From positions 25,132-89,131 of the forward strand of contig CAIOGI010000006.1 of assembly GCA_903857825.1 (NCBI GenBank): a stretch of 64,000 bases of DNA. The letters run 5' to 3'. The position numbers and the translations under genes are program-made. The notes under the pieces are model-generated. The model was given only the letters and a program-made list of their open reading frames with translations. It was not told the DNA's origin and did no database searches. Positions within the stretch are counted from its first letter, which is position 1. Each line of letters begins with the position of its first letter. The DNA comes from Candidatus Tayloriibacteriota bacterium. Its GTDB lineage: Bacteria > Patescibacteriota > Minisyncoccia > Phycocordibacterales > PALSA-1337. This document shows, in pieces, positions 8,927-18,540 of the stretch.

Positions 8927-8950
8927 TCATTTATTAAAATAATCAATAAT

Positions 8951-9250
8951 ATGAATTCGACAACAAAACAAAGTGCAACAAATAGTGACGATGAAAAAGA
9001 TTTTGATAAAGAAATTGATAATCTTTTAGAAAAGTCAAAAACTTTAAAAAAAGAAGTGGATGACTTGAATAAAGATTCTAGCAAAATTACAAGTGATGCA
9101 AAAAATGCTGTTGAGAAAAATTCAAAAAGTATAGACAAACTATGCAACGACTTGGACAAAGTTGATGAAGATGCTAATAATGATATCGATCTATTAATAC
9201 TTAAACAGGCTGAGGATTTGTCAAAACTTAAGGAAGAGGATGCGGAATAG
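8951..9250 (+). CDS. Small acidic coiled-coil hypothetical protein
   Basis: 99-aa ORF 24 bp after the previous gene, same strand. Confidence 0.65.
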   Translation: MNSTTKQSATNSDDEKDFDKEIDNLLEKSKTLKKEVDDLNKDSSKITSDAKNAVEKNSKSIDKLCNDLDKVDEDANNDIDLLILKQAEDLSKLKEEDAE

Positions 9251-9291
9251 TAAAAATATATAGTCGATAAAAACTATTATATACGAGCAAT

Positions 9292-9321
9292 AATTAGCAA
9301 TCATTTGAATGATTGCTAATT
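9292..9321. terminator. Inverted repeat, probable terminator
   Basis: AATTAGCAATCATT/AATGATTGCTAATT. Confidence 0.5.
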
Positions 9322-9351
9322 TGCTATATTTTTGCTATATTTTTCTGGTAA

Positions 9352-9499
9352 GTGCCCATAGATGTTTTGGTAGACTTAGACCATATGTAGATCTTAGTTT
9401 GATAATATACAATTAAATAAGTATTGCGCCCATAGCTGTTCTGGTAGGCCCAGAGCATATGGACATCTTAGCTCGACAAGATACAATTAAATAAGCATT
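9352..9499 (+). repeat. Two tandem 74-bp units (tRNA-Lys 5' fragment plus promoter)
   Basis: Units 9352-9425 and 9426-9499 begin GYGCCCATAG like the tRNA and end ATACAATTAAATAAGYATT. Confidence 0.8.
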
Positions 9500-9572
9500 G
9501 CGCCCATAGCTCAGTTGGTAGAGCAGATCCCTCTTAAGGATAAGGTCGTAGGTTCGATCCCTACTGGGCGCA
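9500..9572 (+). tRNA. tRNA-Lys(CTT)
   Basis: Acceptor GCGCCCA/TGGGCGC, D stem GCTC/GAGC, anticodon loop CTCTTAA, T arm GTAGG-TTCGATC-CCTAC. Confidence 0.95.
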
Positions 9573-9698
9573 CAAGTGAGGAAAAAGAGGTTTACCTCTT
9601 TCATTCCGAACGCAGTCGCCCATCACGAAGTACTGGGCGCACAAGTGAGGGTTGGAGAATTTATCTTCTTTGATCCAAGCTTAATAGAATAGAAACAT

Positions 9699-9780
9699 GC
9701 GCGGGTGGCGAAATTGGCAGACGCACTTGCCTTAGGAGCAAGCGGGGTAACCCTTGGAGGTTCAAGTCCTCTCCCGCGCA
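9699..9780 (+). tRNA. tRNA-Leu(TAG)
   Basis: Acceptor GCGCGGG/CCCGCGC, anticodon arm CTTGC-CTTAGGA-GCAAG, long variable arm, TTCAAGT T loop. Confidence 0.95.
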
Positions 9781-9783
9781 CAG

Positions 9784-9821
9784 AATAATAAAAGACTGGA
9801 TAAATCCAGTCTTTTATTATT
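9784..9821 (+). terminator. Intrinsic terminator after tRNA-Leu
   Basis: Perfect 17-bp stem AATAATAAAAGACTGGA/TCCAGTCTTTTATTATT. Confidence 0.75.
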
Positions 9822-9837
9822 ACTAGTATTTGCGATT

Positions 9838-9932
9838 AGGACTTGAAAGACGGAGGACACGGAGGTGTCCGAGTCGGGGTCGCAGGCGAGCCTAACAAGG
9901 CGAGACCTGTGACCAAGTCCTCTCCCGCGCAC
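9838..9932 (+). other. GC-rich branched element ending in a copy of the tRNA-Leu 3' end
   Basis: AGGACTTG/CAAGTCCT closing stem, GGACAC/GTGTCC, GGTCGCAGG/CCTGTGACC; 9914-9932 identical to 9763-9781. Confidence 0.7.
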
Positions 9933-10075
9933 TGATATGTAAAATAAGCATAACTTTAGTTATGCGTTTTTACATTTATGAGGGCTTGAAGGCTAAAGCT
10001 ATACCAAGTTACTCCATGATTTAAGCCATATTTTATGTGCTTTCTTTGGCTATAATTTTAAACCCCGTTTTGCTA

Positions 10076-10104
10076 TTGACATCTATATCAATATATGCTA
10101 GTAT
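10076..10104 (+). promoter_or_regulatory. Sigma70 promoter
   Basis: TTGACA-17 bp-TAGTAT with extended TG. Confidence 0.7.
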
Positions 10105-10208
10105 AACTATCAGACAGTTCCCCAAAACAAACCTAGATGCCTGTGTTGGGTATCAAGGTAAATATAACAATTCAGTGTGGGGAGTTGCCAACGGAGAAAG
10201 AACACACC

Positions 10209-10844
10209 ATGACAGTAAATGAAATCTTTGCCACGACAGCGACGGTTGCAGCCAGCGTTGTCCTAATGCTGGCATCCCAGCGCTACCAATCGTGGGAGGC
10301 TGGGAGGTGGCAAAACAAAGGACTCGACATGGCTCGAGTGACAAACAGTCCTGTGGCGATGGCGCCTACAAGCGTAACTCCCCCAACGGTAACTTACGTC
10401 ACAAACACAATCACCACACCCGCAACGCCTGCCGTGGTGGTGCCAACACCCCCACCAGTGACGGTAACCAACACAATCTTTACGACAAACGTCGTGGTGG
10501 TTACCACAACAAACGTGGCATCGGTAGCCTCACCGGTTAGAACAGGAACAACACCGAGTGGTGTGACCTGGCCTAATGATCGCTTGTCTGACAGGGTTGT
10601 CAGTTACAACAGCGTCACGAATGATGTAGTAACTGTCCCCCCGGGAGAAACTTTTCTCCTCGAGCCAGCAACTAAGCTCGATCTCAGTACGGCCTTCAAC
10701 CGCCAACTCCGATTCGCAAAGGCGGGGCAAGAGTTAGTGGCTGGCATGAGTAGCCCATACTTTCGTTCGCTTCCGGGGCCAACGACAGTAATGAACCCCG
10801 GATCGACGCCGATCCAGCTGAAGGTTCGAGTTACCCGACGGTAG
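10209..10844 (+). CDS. Thr/Val/Pro-rich membrane-anchored or secreted hypothetical protein
   Basis: N-terminal hydrophobic segment, TNT/TNV-rich linker; visibly GC-richer than flanks; start set at MTVNEIF after GGAG. Confidence 0.7.
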   Translation: MTVNEIFATTATVAASVVLMLASQRYQSWEAGRWQNKGLDMARVTNSPVAMAPTSVTPPTVTYVTNTITTPATPAVVVPTPPPVTVTNTIFTTNVVVVTTTNVASVASPVRTGTTPSGVTWPNDRLSDRVVSYNSVTNDVVTVPPGETFLLEPATKLDLSTAFNRQLRFAKAGQELVAGMSSPYFRSLPGPTTVMNPGSTPIQLKVRVTRR

Positions 10845-10883
10845 CCGAACCCTGCGCGAGAACACCTCGCGCTAAACCAAAAA

Positions 10884-10927
10884 AGGACAGGAGTGCCATC
10901 ACATGTGGCCCCTGTCCTCTTTCTTTT
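10884..10927 (+). terminator. Intrinsic terminator
   Basis: AGGACAGG...CCTGTCCT plus T-rich tail. Confidence 0.6.
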
Positions 10928-10948
10928 ACATAAATTATATTTATAAAA

Positions 10949-11248
10949 CTAAAATGTTGCAGTCTGTCCCAAACTACTAAATACAAACCGAACAATGCCA
11001 TAAGCTGAAATCATTATTGCCATACCTACCAAACCCCATAATATGTGCGTTTGCCCGGTTTTTCTTCTTTCTGGATCTTCCCCACCCATAATATATCCGA
11101 TTATACCCCAGATGAACATAAAGGTTGCCAGTACGAACATGAACTGTACTATTGGAGAAATAATATTATCTACTATTTTTAGAATTATCAAATCTGTAGC
11201 TGCTGAGCTATTATTCGCCGCTTCTGCAACTTTAGAGAAGATATTCAT
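10949..11248 (-). CDS. VirB2/TrbC-like pilin family membrane protein
   Basis: Two TM helices joined by GGEDPERRKTG loop; ILWGLVGMAI. Confidence 0.8.
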   Translation of the reverse strand: MNIFSKVAEAANNSSAATDLIILKIVDNIISPIVQFMFVLATFMFIWGIIGYIMGGEDPERRKTGQTHILWGLVGMAIMISAYGIVRFVFSSLGQTATF

Positions 11249-11278
11249 TAATATAGCAAAATATTAACTGTATTTGGA

Positions 11279-11659
11279 TTATCTAACAGTAGTTGGATCG
11301 ATAACTTTTGGAAATTGGTTTTCTGTTGGAGTATTATTGCCTGTACCAAATGAATTCTTTAGTATTGCGACTAGACCCCAGATAGAAAGGATTACGAATA
11401 GACCAACAACACCGTATAGAATACGCAACCCCCCCTCTTTTCTTTTATCTTCTGAACCAGCAATAAGATATACAAAAACATTTACAACAATCCATATAAC
11501 TGCTAGAGATATAACAATAGTTATAAATGAGTTTCCAAGAGAAGTAAATTTACCAAAGATACTGTCTTGACCAGTACCATCAATTTTAGTTATAGTATTT
11601 TGAGCAAACACTGCCACCGGAGCTAATAATGAAACCGCAATTGCAATTATTTTTTTCAT
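11279..11659 (-). CDS. VirB2/TrbC-like pilin family membrane protein
   Basis: Signal peptide (AVFA), AGSEDKRKEGG loop, ILYGVVGLFVILSIWGLV. Confidence 0.8.
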   Translation of the reverse strand: MKKIIAIAVSLLAPVAVFAQNTITKIDGTGQDSIFGKFTSLGNSFITIVISLAVIWIVVNVFVYLIAGSEDKRKEGGLRILYGVVGLFVILSIWGLVAILKNSFGTGNNTPTENQFPKVIDPTTVR

Positions 11660-11748
11660 ATTTTTTATTTAATAATAATACTTTTATTTACTAATTGTAA
11701 CAACATATAGGACAAGAAGCAATCTATGAATTGTGGAAAAGAGATAAG

Positions 11749-12165
11749 CTATATCCAGTCTTCGTCTTCGTTGTCATCTGGTGGTGTAGTCTGATTAAAA
11801 TTCCCAAACGGTATTGTGGGTGGTGTATTCTGCAATTTAAATGTATTAGTCAATATGAATACCAAGCCCCATATAGATAGTATTACAAAGAAGCCGATAA
11901 GGCTGTACATAACATATAGACCAGCTTCTTTTTTTGCTGCAGGATCATCACTTCCATATATGAAATACTTGAATACATTCCATACGAACATCAGAACTGC
12001 AAAGCTAATAATCAAATATATAGCATATTGAAAATAACCTGTAATTAATTGCATTAGACTTCTGAGATCAGTCACAGAACTTGGGGTTATCGCTGCTACA
12101 GCAGAAGCAAATGCAGGTGCTGATAACAATATCACTGCCATAATTGTTTTTTTCATATTATTCAT
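11749..12165 (-). CDS. VirB2/TrbC-like pilin family membrane protein
   Basis: Signal peptide, GSDDPAAKKEAG loop, YSLIGFFVILSIWGLV. Confidence 0.8.
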   Translation of the reverse strand: MNNMKKTIMAVILLSAPAFASAVAAITPSSVTDLRSLMQLITGYFQYAIYLIISFAVLMFVWNVFKYFIYGSDDPAAKKEAGLYVMYSLIGFFVILSIWGLVFILTNTFKLQNTPPTIPFGNFNQTTPPDDNEDEDWI

Positions 12166-12174
12166 ATTATATTA

Positions 12175-12543
12175 TTAATTTCGATTAAACACACTACTGT
12201 CCACAACTCCAGCCGAGGATAGAGTATTTTTTAATATTTCTACGATGACCCTGGCACTTATTAAAATGGCCAATCCCACAATTATATACAGTAGCCACAT
12301 CTTTGCTTCTTTTAATTTATCCGTATTACCTTGAGCCATAACAAATTGGAATCCAACATATATTAAGGCGAGTATAGAGAATGCAACACCGATATACATT
12401 GCTATATCAACCGCTAGGTAAATAACCCCCTGAACACTCTCAACCTTTAGTGGATTTGTTAATTTATTACTTTCAACAGCAAAACTAACAGAAAATACTG
12501 AAAGAAAAGTGATGAAAATGAATGATGTTATTATTTTTTTCAT
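12175..12543 (-). CDS. VirB2/TrbC-like pilin family membrane protein
   Basis: LTNPL...GFQFVMAQGNTDKLKEAK...IIVGLAILISA. Confidence 0.82.
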   Translation of the reverse strand: MKKIITSFIFITFLSVFSVSFAVESNKLTNPLKVESVQGVIYLAVDIAMYIGVAFSILALIYVGFQFVMAQGNTDKLKEAKMWLLYIIVGLAILISARVIVEILKNTLSSAGVVDSSVFNRN

Positions 12544-12549
12544 ATTATT

Positions 12550-13017
12550 TTATTGACCCACTAGTGTACCTGTAACAGACAGGAATTCAGGGGTAAGTAT
12601 CCATTTTAATAATGTAGTGACGATAAACCACGCCATGAGAGCCCAAACAAAACCTTTTACTGCACTGATCATGATTTTCTTCGCTTTGTCGATATTACCC
12701 TTTGAACCAGTCATGTATAGAAAACCAGCATAAGCGAGAAGTCCCACCATAACTGGAATTGATATACCAAATGCCCAATTTATCAAATACTTCACCATTG
12801 AGACGAGATTTGCGAAATTACAAACAACCTGACGTTTACTCTCTCCAGGAGTCACCACTCCATCACATTGAACCCAACCACTATAATCAAGGGTTGTTGA
12901 GGGTGCAGGTACTGCTGGTGGAGGTGAATTGACAGAATAAACCAAAGGTGACAATGAATAACTACCTAATATAAGAAGGACGAGTGCAGCAAACTTTAAT
13001 ATAAATCTTTTATTCAT
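12550..13017 (-). CDS. VirB2/TrbC-like pilin family membrane protein with N-terminal Cys pair
   Basis: VQCDG...CNFANL; YAGFLYMTGSKGNIDKAKK. Confidence 0.8.
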   Translation of the reverse strand: MNKRFILKFAALVLLILGSYSLSPLVYSVNSPPPAVPAPSTTLDYSGWVQCDGVVTPGESKRQVVCNFANLVSMVKYLINWAFGISIPVMVGLLAYAGFLYMTGSKGNIDKAKKIMISAVKGFVWALMAWFIVTTLLKWILTPEFLSVTGTLVGQ

Positions 13018-14308
13018 TTCTATTTAATAAAATATTAAATTCTTCACTTCCAGATTGTATTGCTTCTCTGGCGTTCTTTCTACCACTTGTTATCAATTCT
13101 GTAATATTTTGAAGAATTTTATTTGAATCAATTCTTCCTATATCCAACCAATTTCTAGATACTAATGCAGAATTGTTAAATATTGAAAGATAAGGATCTG
13201 TTGAACCGCTAGCTATTATATCCCTCCTAACTGATGGCAAATATGTCATAGAAACCAAAGTATTGAGTGAACTCGCTTCTATCAAAGAACTCAGTATGGT
13301 ATAAGTAGCATTTACATTTGCTGCGCTTCTTACAATTGAAATACCATACATATTTCCATAAACAACTCTGCCGGATGAATTCCTTATCTGTGGAAATGCT
13401 GTTACATCAAAATCAAGATTTGGATTCTTTCCTTTAATTTCACTTATTTCAGAAGCAAAACCAAAGTAAGTAGCGAGATTTCCAGAAAGGAAAGAATTTT
13501 TTGTATTTGTTAATGAACGATTCCAAGAATAATTTTCATTTGAAGGGTTTGAGAATTGTGTAAAGAAATCAAGAGCTTTTATTGATGAATTTGATCCTGA
13601 GTAACCCTGATCACCTAAAGCGCTGGCGATAAGGTAATCTTTGTCTCTAAATGTAACTGGATTTCCATATTGCATTAGTATTGTACCTAGTATCTCTCTT
13701 GCATGTACAATATTATTGAACTCTCCCAAAGCTATAGCACTTCTTTTTATATTAGAATTTACATCTTTTTTAGTTATCTTCTTATTAATTTCAGTAAATT
13801 CATCCCAATACTTTGGAGGTATTGCTATACCCGCATTAGTAAATGTATCTCTATTCCAATACATAATCAAAGGATCTTCTATAAAAGGAAGAGCTAGAAC
13901 TCCATTTTTCCCCAGATATAACTCCGCCTGTTGAATAAAAGTATCTCTGAAAGATCTTTCGGATAAGGCCTCATAAGGTATCGGAATTATTTTATCTTCA
14001 TATTTATAGACATAGTCTTGTGGTATAAGAATAGCATCAGGACCTTGTCCTCTAGCCAATGCTTCAATAAACTTTTTGTCAAAATTTGTCTCTTCTACCT
14101 TAACATAGGTAATTTTCAAAGCTTCAGCTCGAGTCTGATTAATTTTATTTATATAAGCATCAAAGGAAGAACTAGGATAAGTACCCCAAATAGTTATTGC
14201 TGGTAATTCATCTTTTGCAGATCCACCCCTAAATGTTGCAAAAGCTATAACGCCACCGACTATACAAACAACAAAAACAGCTGTTAATATTACTTGAAAT
14301 TTACTCAT
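13010..14308 (-). CDS. Extracellular solute-binding protein, family 1 (membrane-anchored)
   Basis: ITIWG, ALARGQGPD, LPFIEDPLIMYWNRDTF, PPKYWDEF; no adjacent permease. Confidence 0.85.
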   Translation of the reverse strand: MSKFQVILTAVFVVCIVGGVIAFATFRGGSAKDELPAITIWGTYPSSSFDAYINKINQTRAEALKITYVKVEETNFDKKFIEALARGQGPDAILIPQDYVYKYEDKIIPIPYEALSERSFRDTFIQQAELYLGKNGVLALPFIEDPLIMYWNRDTFTNAGIAIPPKYWDEFTEINKKITKKDVNSNIKRSAIALGEFNNIVHAREILGTILMQYGNPVTFRDKDYLIASALGDQGYSGSNSSIKALDFFTQFSNPSNENYSWNRSLTNTKNSFLSGNLATYFGFASEISEIKGKNPNLDFDVTAFPQIRNSSGRVVYGNMYGISIVRSAANVNATYTILSSLIEASSLNTLVSMTYLPSVRRDIIASGSTDPYLSIFNNSALVSRNWLDIGRIDSNKILQNITELITSGRKNAREAIQSGSEEFNILLNRNE

Positions 14309-14829
14309 GGTTTTTTAAATATAATACCATAATGATGATCCCCTGCATCAAATCCCTTTTCTAATTGAAATCCGTTTTTTTGAAAAATACCTTCTGCGAA
14401 TAGTCTAGGCACCAAAGTTTTTGGACTTAAAGGACTTCCCGCATCCCAATCAATAACCATTACCTTTCCTCCTGATTTTAATATTCTTTTAATTTCTAGA
14501 GCTAGATTATCTCTATCCTCGGCGGCTATTTGAAATAAGGTATTAGAAAGTATAACTCGATCTGCTATTGCTTCTCGAAGTTTAGTACCACCAATCTTTT
14601 CTATATTACCCCAAACAACTTCAATGTTATGCAGACCAACAAGCCCTGCAGAATTCTTTAACTTATTTAATAAATCTTGTTGTACATCTACAGCATATAC
14701 CCTACCAGATGGACCAGCACTCTTTGCTGCTTCTATAGAATAGAAACCACTTCCCGCTCCAAGATCAACAACTTTCATACCATTAGCTATTTCAAATAAT
14801 GCAATATTTTTTTGTGGGTCGGAGAACAT
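14305..14829 (-). CDS. Class I SAM-dependent methyltransferase
   Basis: VVDLGAGSG, VYAVDVQ, RILKSGG. Confidence 0.9.
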   Translation of the reverse strand: MFSDPQKNIALFEIANGMKVVDLGAGSGFYSIEAAKSAGPSGRVYAVDVQQDLLNKLKNSAGLVGLHNIEVVWGNIEKIGGTKLREAIADRVILSNTLFQIAAEDRDNLALEIKRILKSGGKVMVIDWDAGSPLSPKTLVPRLFAEGIFQKNGFQLEKGFDAGDHHYGIIFKKP

Positions 14830-14924
14830 GAAATTATTATAACATATCTAAAAAATAGTAAACACATATAAGTTGTGGTTTGGTGGGGGCTAGCCAACAA
14901 ACATGTAGTTTACTATTTTCTAGT

Positions 14925-17408
14925 TTATAAACAGATAAGTGAAGCCAACGAATCCCCATCTCGGAGTTTCATCACTCTCACGCCCTGTGTTGAACGTCCA
15001 AGTGTAGGAATTTCAGAAAGATTTACACGGATAACCTGACTCTTCTTTGACATAGCTACCATTTCTTCTATCTCATCCGTAACAACCTTTGCAGCAATCA
15101 ATGGACCAGTCTTGTCAGTAACATTCATAGTTAGAATACCTGAACCACCACGGTTCTGAACTTTGTATTCATCAAGTTTCGTCTTCTTTCCATAGCCGTG
15201 CTCACCCATTACGAATAGTTGTGGATTCTTTGCATCCTTTGGCACAATATCGGCACTAATCACAGCATCATCCTTACCAAGCTTTATAACGCGTACACCA
15301 GCGGCATTTCTACCCATTTCGCGAACATCACTTTCCTCAAATCTGATGGACTGACCATCTCGTGTAGCTATAACAATATTATCATCCTTAGAGACGAATG
15401 AAGCTGACATAAGTTCATCTCCATCGTCTAGAGTAATAGCTATAAGACCAGAACGTCGTACATCGTGGAAATGCTTTGCTGAACTTTTCTTTCCTGTACC
15501 ATTCTTCGTAACCATCATAAGTGCAAGATTTTCTGCCTCCTTTTTATTCTTTGGCATTGGCAAAATAGAGGTGATCTTTTCCCCTTCAGCAAGCGACAAG
15601 AAATTCATAACTGACTTCCCTCTTGTTGACTTTTTTCCTTCTGGAATATCGTACATTTTTATCTGATATGCCTTTCCCTTATCAGTAAAGAACAAAATGT
15701 CATTGTGTGAACTAGCATATATAAGGTGTGTAATAAAATCCTCCTCCTTTGTATCTAGATCTACAACACCAACACCACCTCGCTTCTGCTGTTTGTATTC
15801 ATCAGGATTTGTACGCTTTATATATCCTCCTTTTGTAAGTACAAGCACGCTTTCTTCATCGGCGATTAGATCCTCAGGATTAAAGTCCTTGAGAGTATGT
15901 TTGATGAGTCTGGTTCTTCTTTCATCACCATATTTAGCCTTAATCTCAACAAGCTCATCTTTTATAATATTTCGTACCTTTCTATCACTTCCTAGAATTT
16001 CCTTTAGTTTTTCTATAAGTTCCTGAACTTCTTTTAATTCTTCTAATACTTTTTTTCTTTCAAGACCTGCAAGCTTTTGCAAACGCATTTCGAGAATAGC
16101 TGTAGCCTGCTTTTCTGAGAACCTAAACTTCTTCATCAAATTTGCATGTGCCTCAATAGCATCCTTTGATCCACGAATCAAAGTAATGATCTCATCGATA
16201 TGATCAAGCGCCTTCTTCAAACCAATAAGTATATGTTCTCTTTCTTCAGCCTTATTTAAATCAAACTTTGTACGTCGGCGTATAACCTCGATTCTGTGAG
16301 TTATGAATTCTTCAAGAAAAGTCTTGAGGGCAAGCGTCTGTGGTACACCATGCACAAGAGCAACCATGTTTACATGGAATGTTTCTTCTAATTGAGTGTG
16401 TTTATATATATAATTTAGAACCTTTTCTGGGTATGCTCCGTTCTTTAAATCTATAACAATCCTAAGTTCCTTGTCGGACTCATCTCTAAGGCCCTTTATG
16501 CCATCTACAAGCTTTTCTCGCACAAGATCAGCGATACGCATAATAAGCTCAGCTTTGTTAACACGATAAGGTATAGAGGAAATAATGATCTGGAATTGAC
16601 CCTTCTTGTCTTCAACTATCTCTGCCTCCCCACGTACTAGAATACCTCCGCGACCAGTAGAATATGCATGATGAATGTCTTTTTCACCATACATGATACC
16701 TCCAGTTGGAAAGTCCGGACCTTTTATAAACTGTAATAGATCGTTAGTTGTAGCGTCTTTGTTTTCAACAAGATGAACAGTGGCATCAATGACTTCTCCA
16801 AGATTGTTTGGTGGAATATTTGTCGCCATACCGACAGCAATACCTAGTGTTCCATTTAAAAGAAGATTCGGCACCGTAGTAGGAAGTACAGTAGGTTCAT
16901 TTCTAGTGCCTTCATAGTTTGGTCGGAAGTCTACAGTGTCCTTATCAATATCTCGAAGTGTTTCTTGAGCTATCTTTGACATCTTTGCTTCGGTATATCT
17001 ATCGGCTGCGGCATTGTCTCCATCAATAGAACCAAAGTTTCCCTGACCTATAACAAGCGGATAACGCATACGAAAATCCTGTGCCATGTTTACCATACTT
17101 TCATATACAGCAACAGTCCCGTGAGGGTGATAGTTACCTGTCACGTCTCCAACGATCTTTGCTGATTTTCTAGTCTTAGCACCAGCTGTTAGTCCGAGTT
17201 CATGAAGAGTAAAGAGTATTCTTCTGTGTACAGGCTTTAATCCATCTCGAACATCTGGAAGTGCACGGTTAGTGATAACTGACATTGCATAATCTAGATA
17301 AGACTCGCGCATTTCAGTGCTTATATTTCTCGCGATAATTCCCTCTCTTGGATCTCTCGGTGTGGGTTCCTGATTATTCTTATCTGATGCTTCGGGTTTT
17401 TTAGACAT
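14925..17408 (-). CDS. gyrA: DNA gyrase subunit A
   Basis: [16 protein letters not shown], catalytic RYTE, GyrA box QKRGGVG, C-terminal pinwheel repeats. Confidence 0.97.
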   Translation of the reverse strand: MSKKPEASDKNNQEPTPRDPREGIIARNISTEMRESYLDYAMSVITNRALPDVRDGLKPVHRRILFTLHELGLTAGAKTRKSAKIVGDVTGNYHPHGTVAVYESMVNMAQDFRMRYPLVIGQGNFGSIDGDNAAADRYTEAKMSKIAQETLRDIDKDTVDFRPNYEGTRNEPTVLPTTVPNLLLNGTLGIAVGMATNIPPNNLGEVIDATVHLVENKDATTNDLLQFIKGPDFPTGGIMYGEKDIHHAYSTGRGGILVRGEAEIVEDKKGQFQIIISSIPYRVNKAELIMRIADLVREKLVDGIKGLRDESDKELRIVIDLKNGAYPEKVLNYIYKHTQLEETFHVNMVALVHGVPQTLALKTFLEEFITHRIEVIRRRTKFDLNKAEEREHILIGLKKALDHIDEIITLIRGSKDAIEAHANLMKKFRFSEKQATAILEMRLQKLAGLERKKVLEELKEVQELIEKLKEILGSDRKVRNIIKDELVEIKAKYGDERRTRLIKHTLKDFNPEDLIADEESVLVLTKGGYIKRTNPDEYKQQKRGGVGVVDLDTKEEDFITHLIYASSHNDILFFTDKGKAYQIKMYDIPEGKKSTRGKSVMNFLSLAEGEKITSILPMPKNKKEAENLALMMVTKNGTGKKSSAKHFHDVRRSGLIAITLDDGDELMSASFVSKDDNIVIATRDGQSIRFEESDVREMGRNAAGVRVIKLGKDDAVISADIVPKDAKNPQLFVMGEHGYGKKTKLDEYKVQNRGGSGILTMNVTDKTGPLIAAKVVTDEIEEMVAMSKKSQVIRVNLSEIPTLGRSTQGVRVMKLRDGDSLASLICL

Positions 17409-17590
17409 GGTTTTCTAGTGATTTTCTATTAAATAATTCGGATTTTTATAAATTTTTATGTGTATATTATAGCAAATTTTAGCTTTTTTGTCGTGGGGAA
17501 AAGGGTTGACAATACTTAATTGTAATGATAGAAATATCTGGAACACAGCGAACGTCTTGCTGTAAAAAGCACAAAGAAACACAGTACTGC

Positions 17591-17914
17591 ATGCAAAAAG
17601 ATAAAGAGAGTTGGCCACCGCTTCCCGGTGATTTTCTTCAATTTCGTATTCCATCTCGCCCCAAAGGGAAATACTGGTATATGGATGTTGAACTCCTTCG
17701 GAATCACGAATTTGTTACCCTCCGTGGAAAGGAGGTGCACAAGCTCCCCTTACCCAAGAACAGACTTGAGATGGATCGTCTGGTCATGACTACTGCCAAA
17801 CTGCTCGTCGCTTCGGCTGGCTTGCGGATCATCAAATGGTCACACACCATTGACGACGGCGAGATCTATGTCTTCCGTCTCGGCCCAAAAGGAACACGTA
17901 GGAAAGTGAAGTGA
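17591..17914 (+). CDS. Hypothetical protein (GC-richer solo gene)
   Basis: ORF preceded by TTGACA at 17506 and followed by GC-rich terminator; start set at MQKDKE. Confidence 0.55.
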   Translation: MQKDKESWPPLPGDFLQFRIPSRPKGKYWYMDVELLRNHEFVTLRGKEVHKLPLPKNRLEMDRLVMTTAKLLVASAGLRIIKWSHTIDDGEIYVFRLGPKGTRRKVK

Positions 17915-17958
17915 CGCCCTTGCTACCTTTTTTAATACATCACCTCGCCCCAGCAATC

Positions 17959-18005
17959 ACCCCGCTCGTCGTAGCTCACAAGCTGCCACGGTGGGGTCTT
18001 TTTTT
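17959..18005 (+). terminator. Intrinsic terminator
   Basis: ACCCCGC...GTGGGGT plus T-run. Confidence 0.6.
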
Positions 18006-18043
18006 ATTTAAATACTATTTACAACAACACAAGAGTTGTGTCG

Positions 18044-18105
18044 TAACTCAAATCTTTATCATTCCTTAATAATTTCTTTAGAACTTCTTAATAACTTTTT
18101 GCTAA
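18044..18105 (+). promoter_or_regulatory. Shared 62-bp upstream element, copy 1
   Basis: 58/62 identical to reverse complement of 37083-37144; runs into extended -10 TGcTAATCT. Confidence 0.85.
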
Positions 18106-18114
18106 TCTAATGAA

Positions 18115-18540
18115 ATGAATGAAAAATATTTTAAAGATTTTGATAAATGGAATAATAAATCTAAAGAGATTGAATCAAAAGAGTTCGAGAACTTCTTTTA
18201 TGCTCGAGAAATCTGGTGGTGTGCTTTAGGCGTGAATATTGGCTCAGAACAAGATGGCAAAAATGATTCATTTGAAAGACCTGTATTGATTGTTCGACGA
18301 ATAAGTCGGGACTCGTGCATAATTTTACCATTCACAAGTAAAATTGTTGATAGTGACTATCGCGTAACTACAGAGAGCACCGGTATTCAAGCACAAGTCG
18401 TATTATCTCAAATAAAGACAATTAGCAGTAAGCGTCTATTAAGGAAAATAGGAAAAATTAAAACAATAATATTTTATGAGATACTAATAAAATTATCATT
18501 TATAATACTTGGTGTTTTGAAAGACGAAACCCCACCATAA
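18115..18540 (+). CDS. PemK/MazF family endoribonuclease toxin (no protein antitoxin adjacent)
   Basis: REIWWCALGVNIGSEQDGK...RPVLIV...ILPFTS...SQIKTISSKRLLRKIG. Confidence 0.9.
   Translation: MNEKYFKDFDKWNNKSKEIESKEFENFFYAREIWWCALGVNIGSEQDGKNDSFERPVLIVRRISRDSCIILPFTSKIVDSDYRVTTESTGIQAQVVLSQIKTISSKRLLRKIGKIKTIIFYEILIKLSFIILGVLKDETPP

Noticed and set aside
9590-9640. 5S rRNA-like words (ACCTCTTTCATTCCGAAC)
   Set aside because: Too short; helices I, IV and V cannot be formed and the segment is bounded by tRNA-end repeats.
9352-9650. Possible CRISPR array from short repeats around tRNA-Lys
   Set aside because: Only two copies of each repeat, derived from tRNA ends; spacers are homologous to each other; no cas genes in the window.
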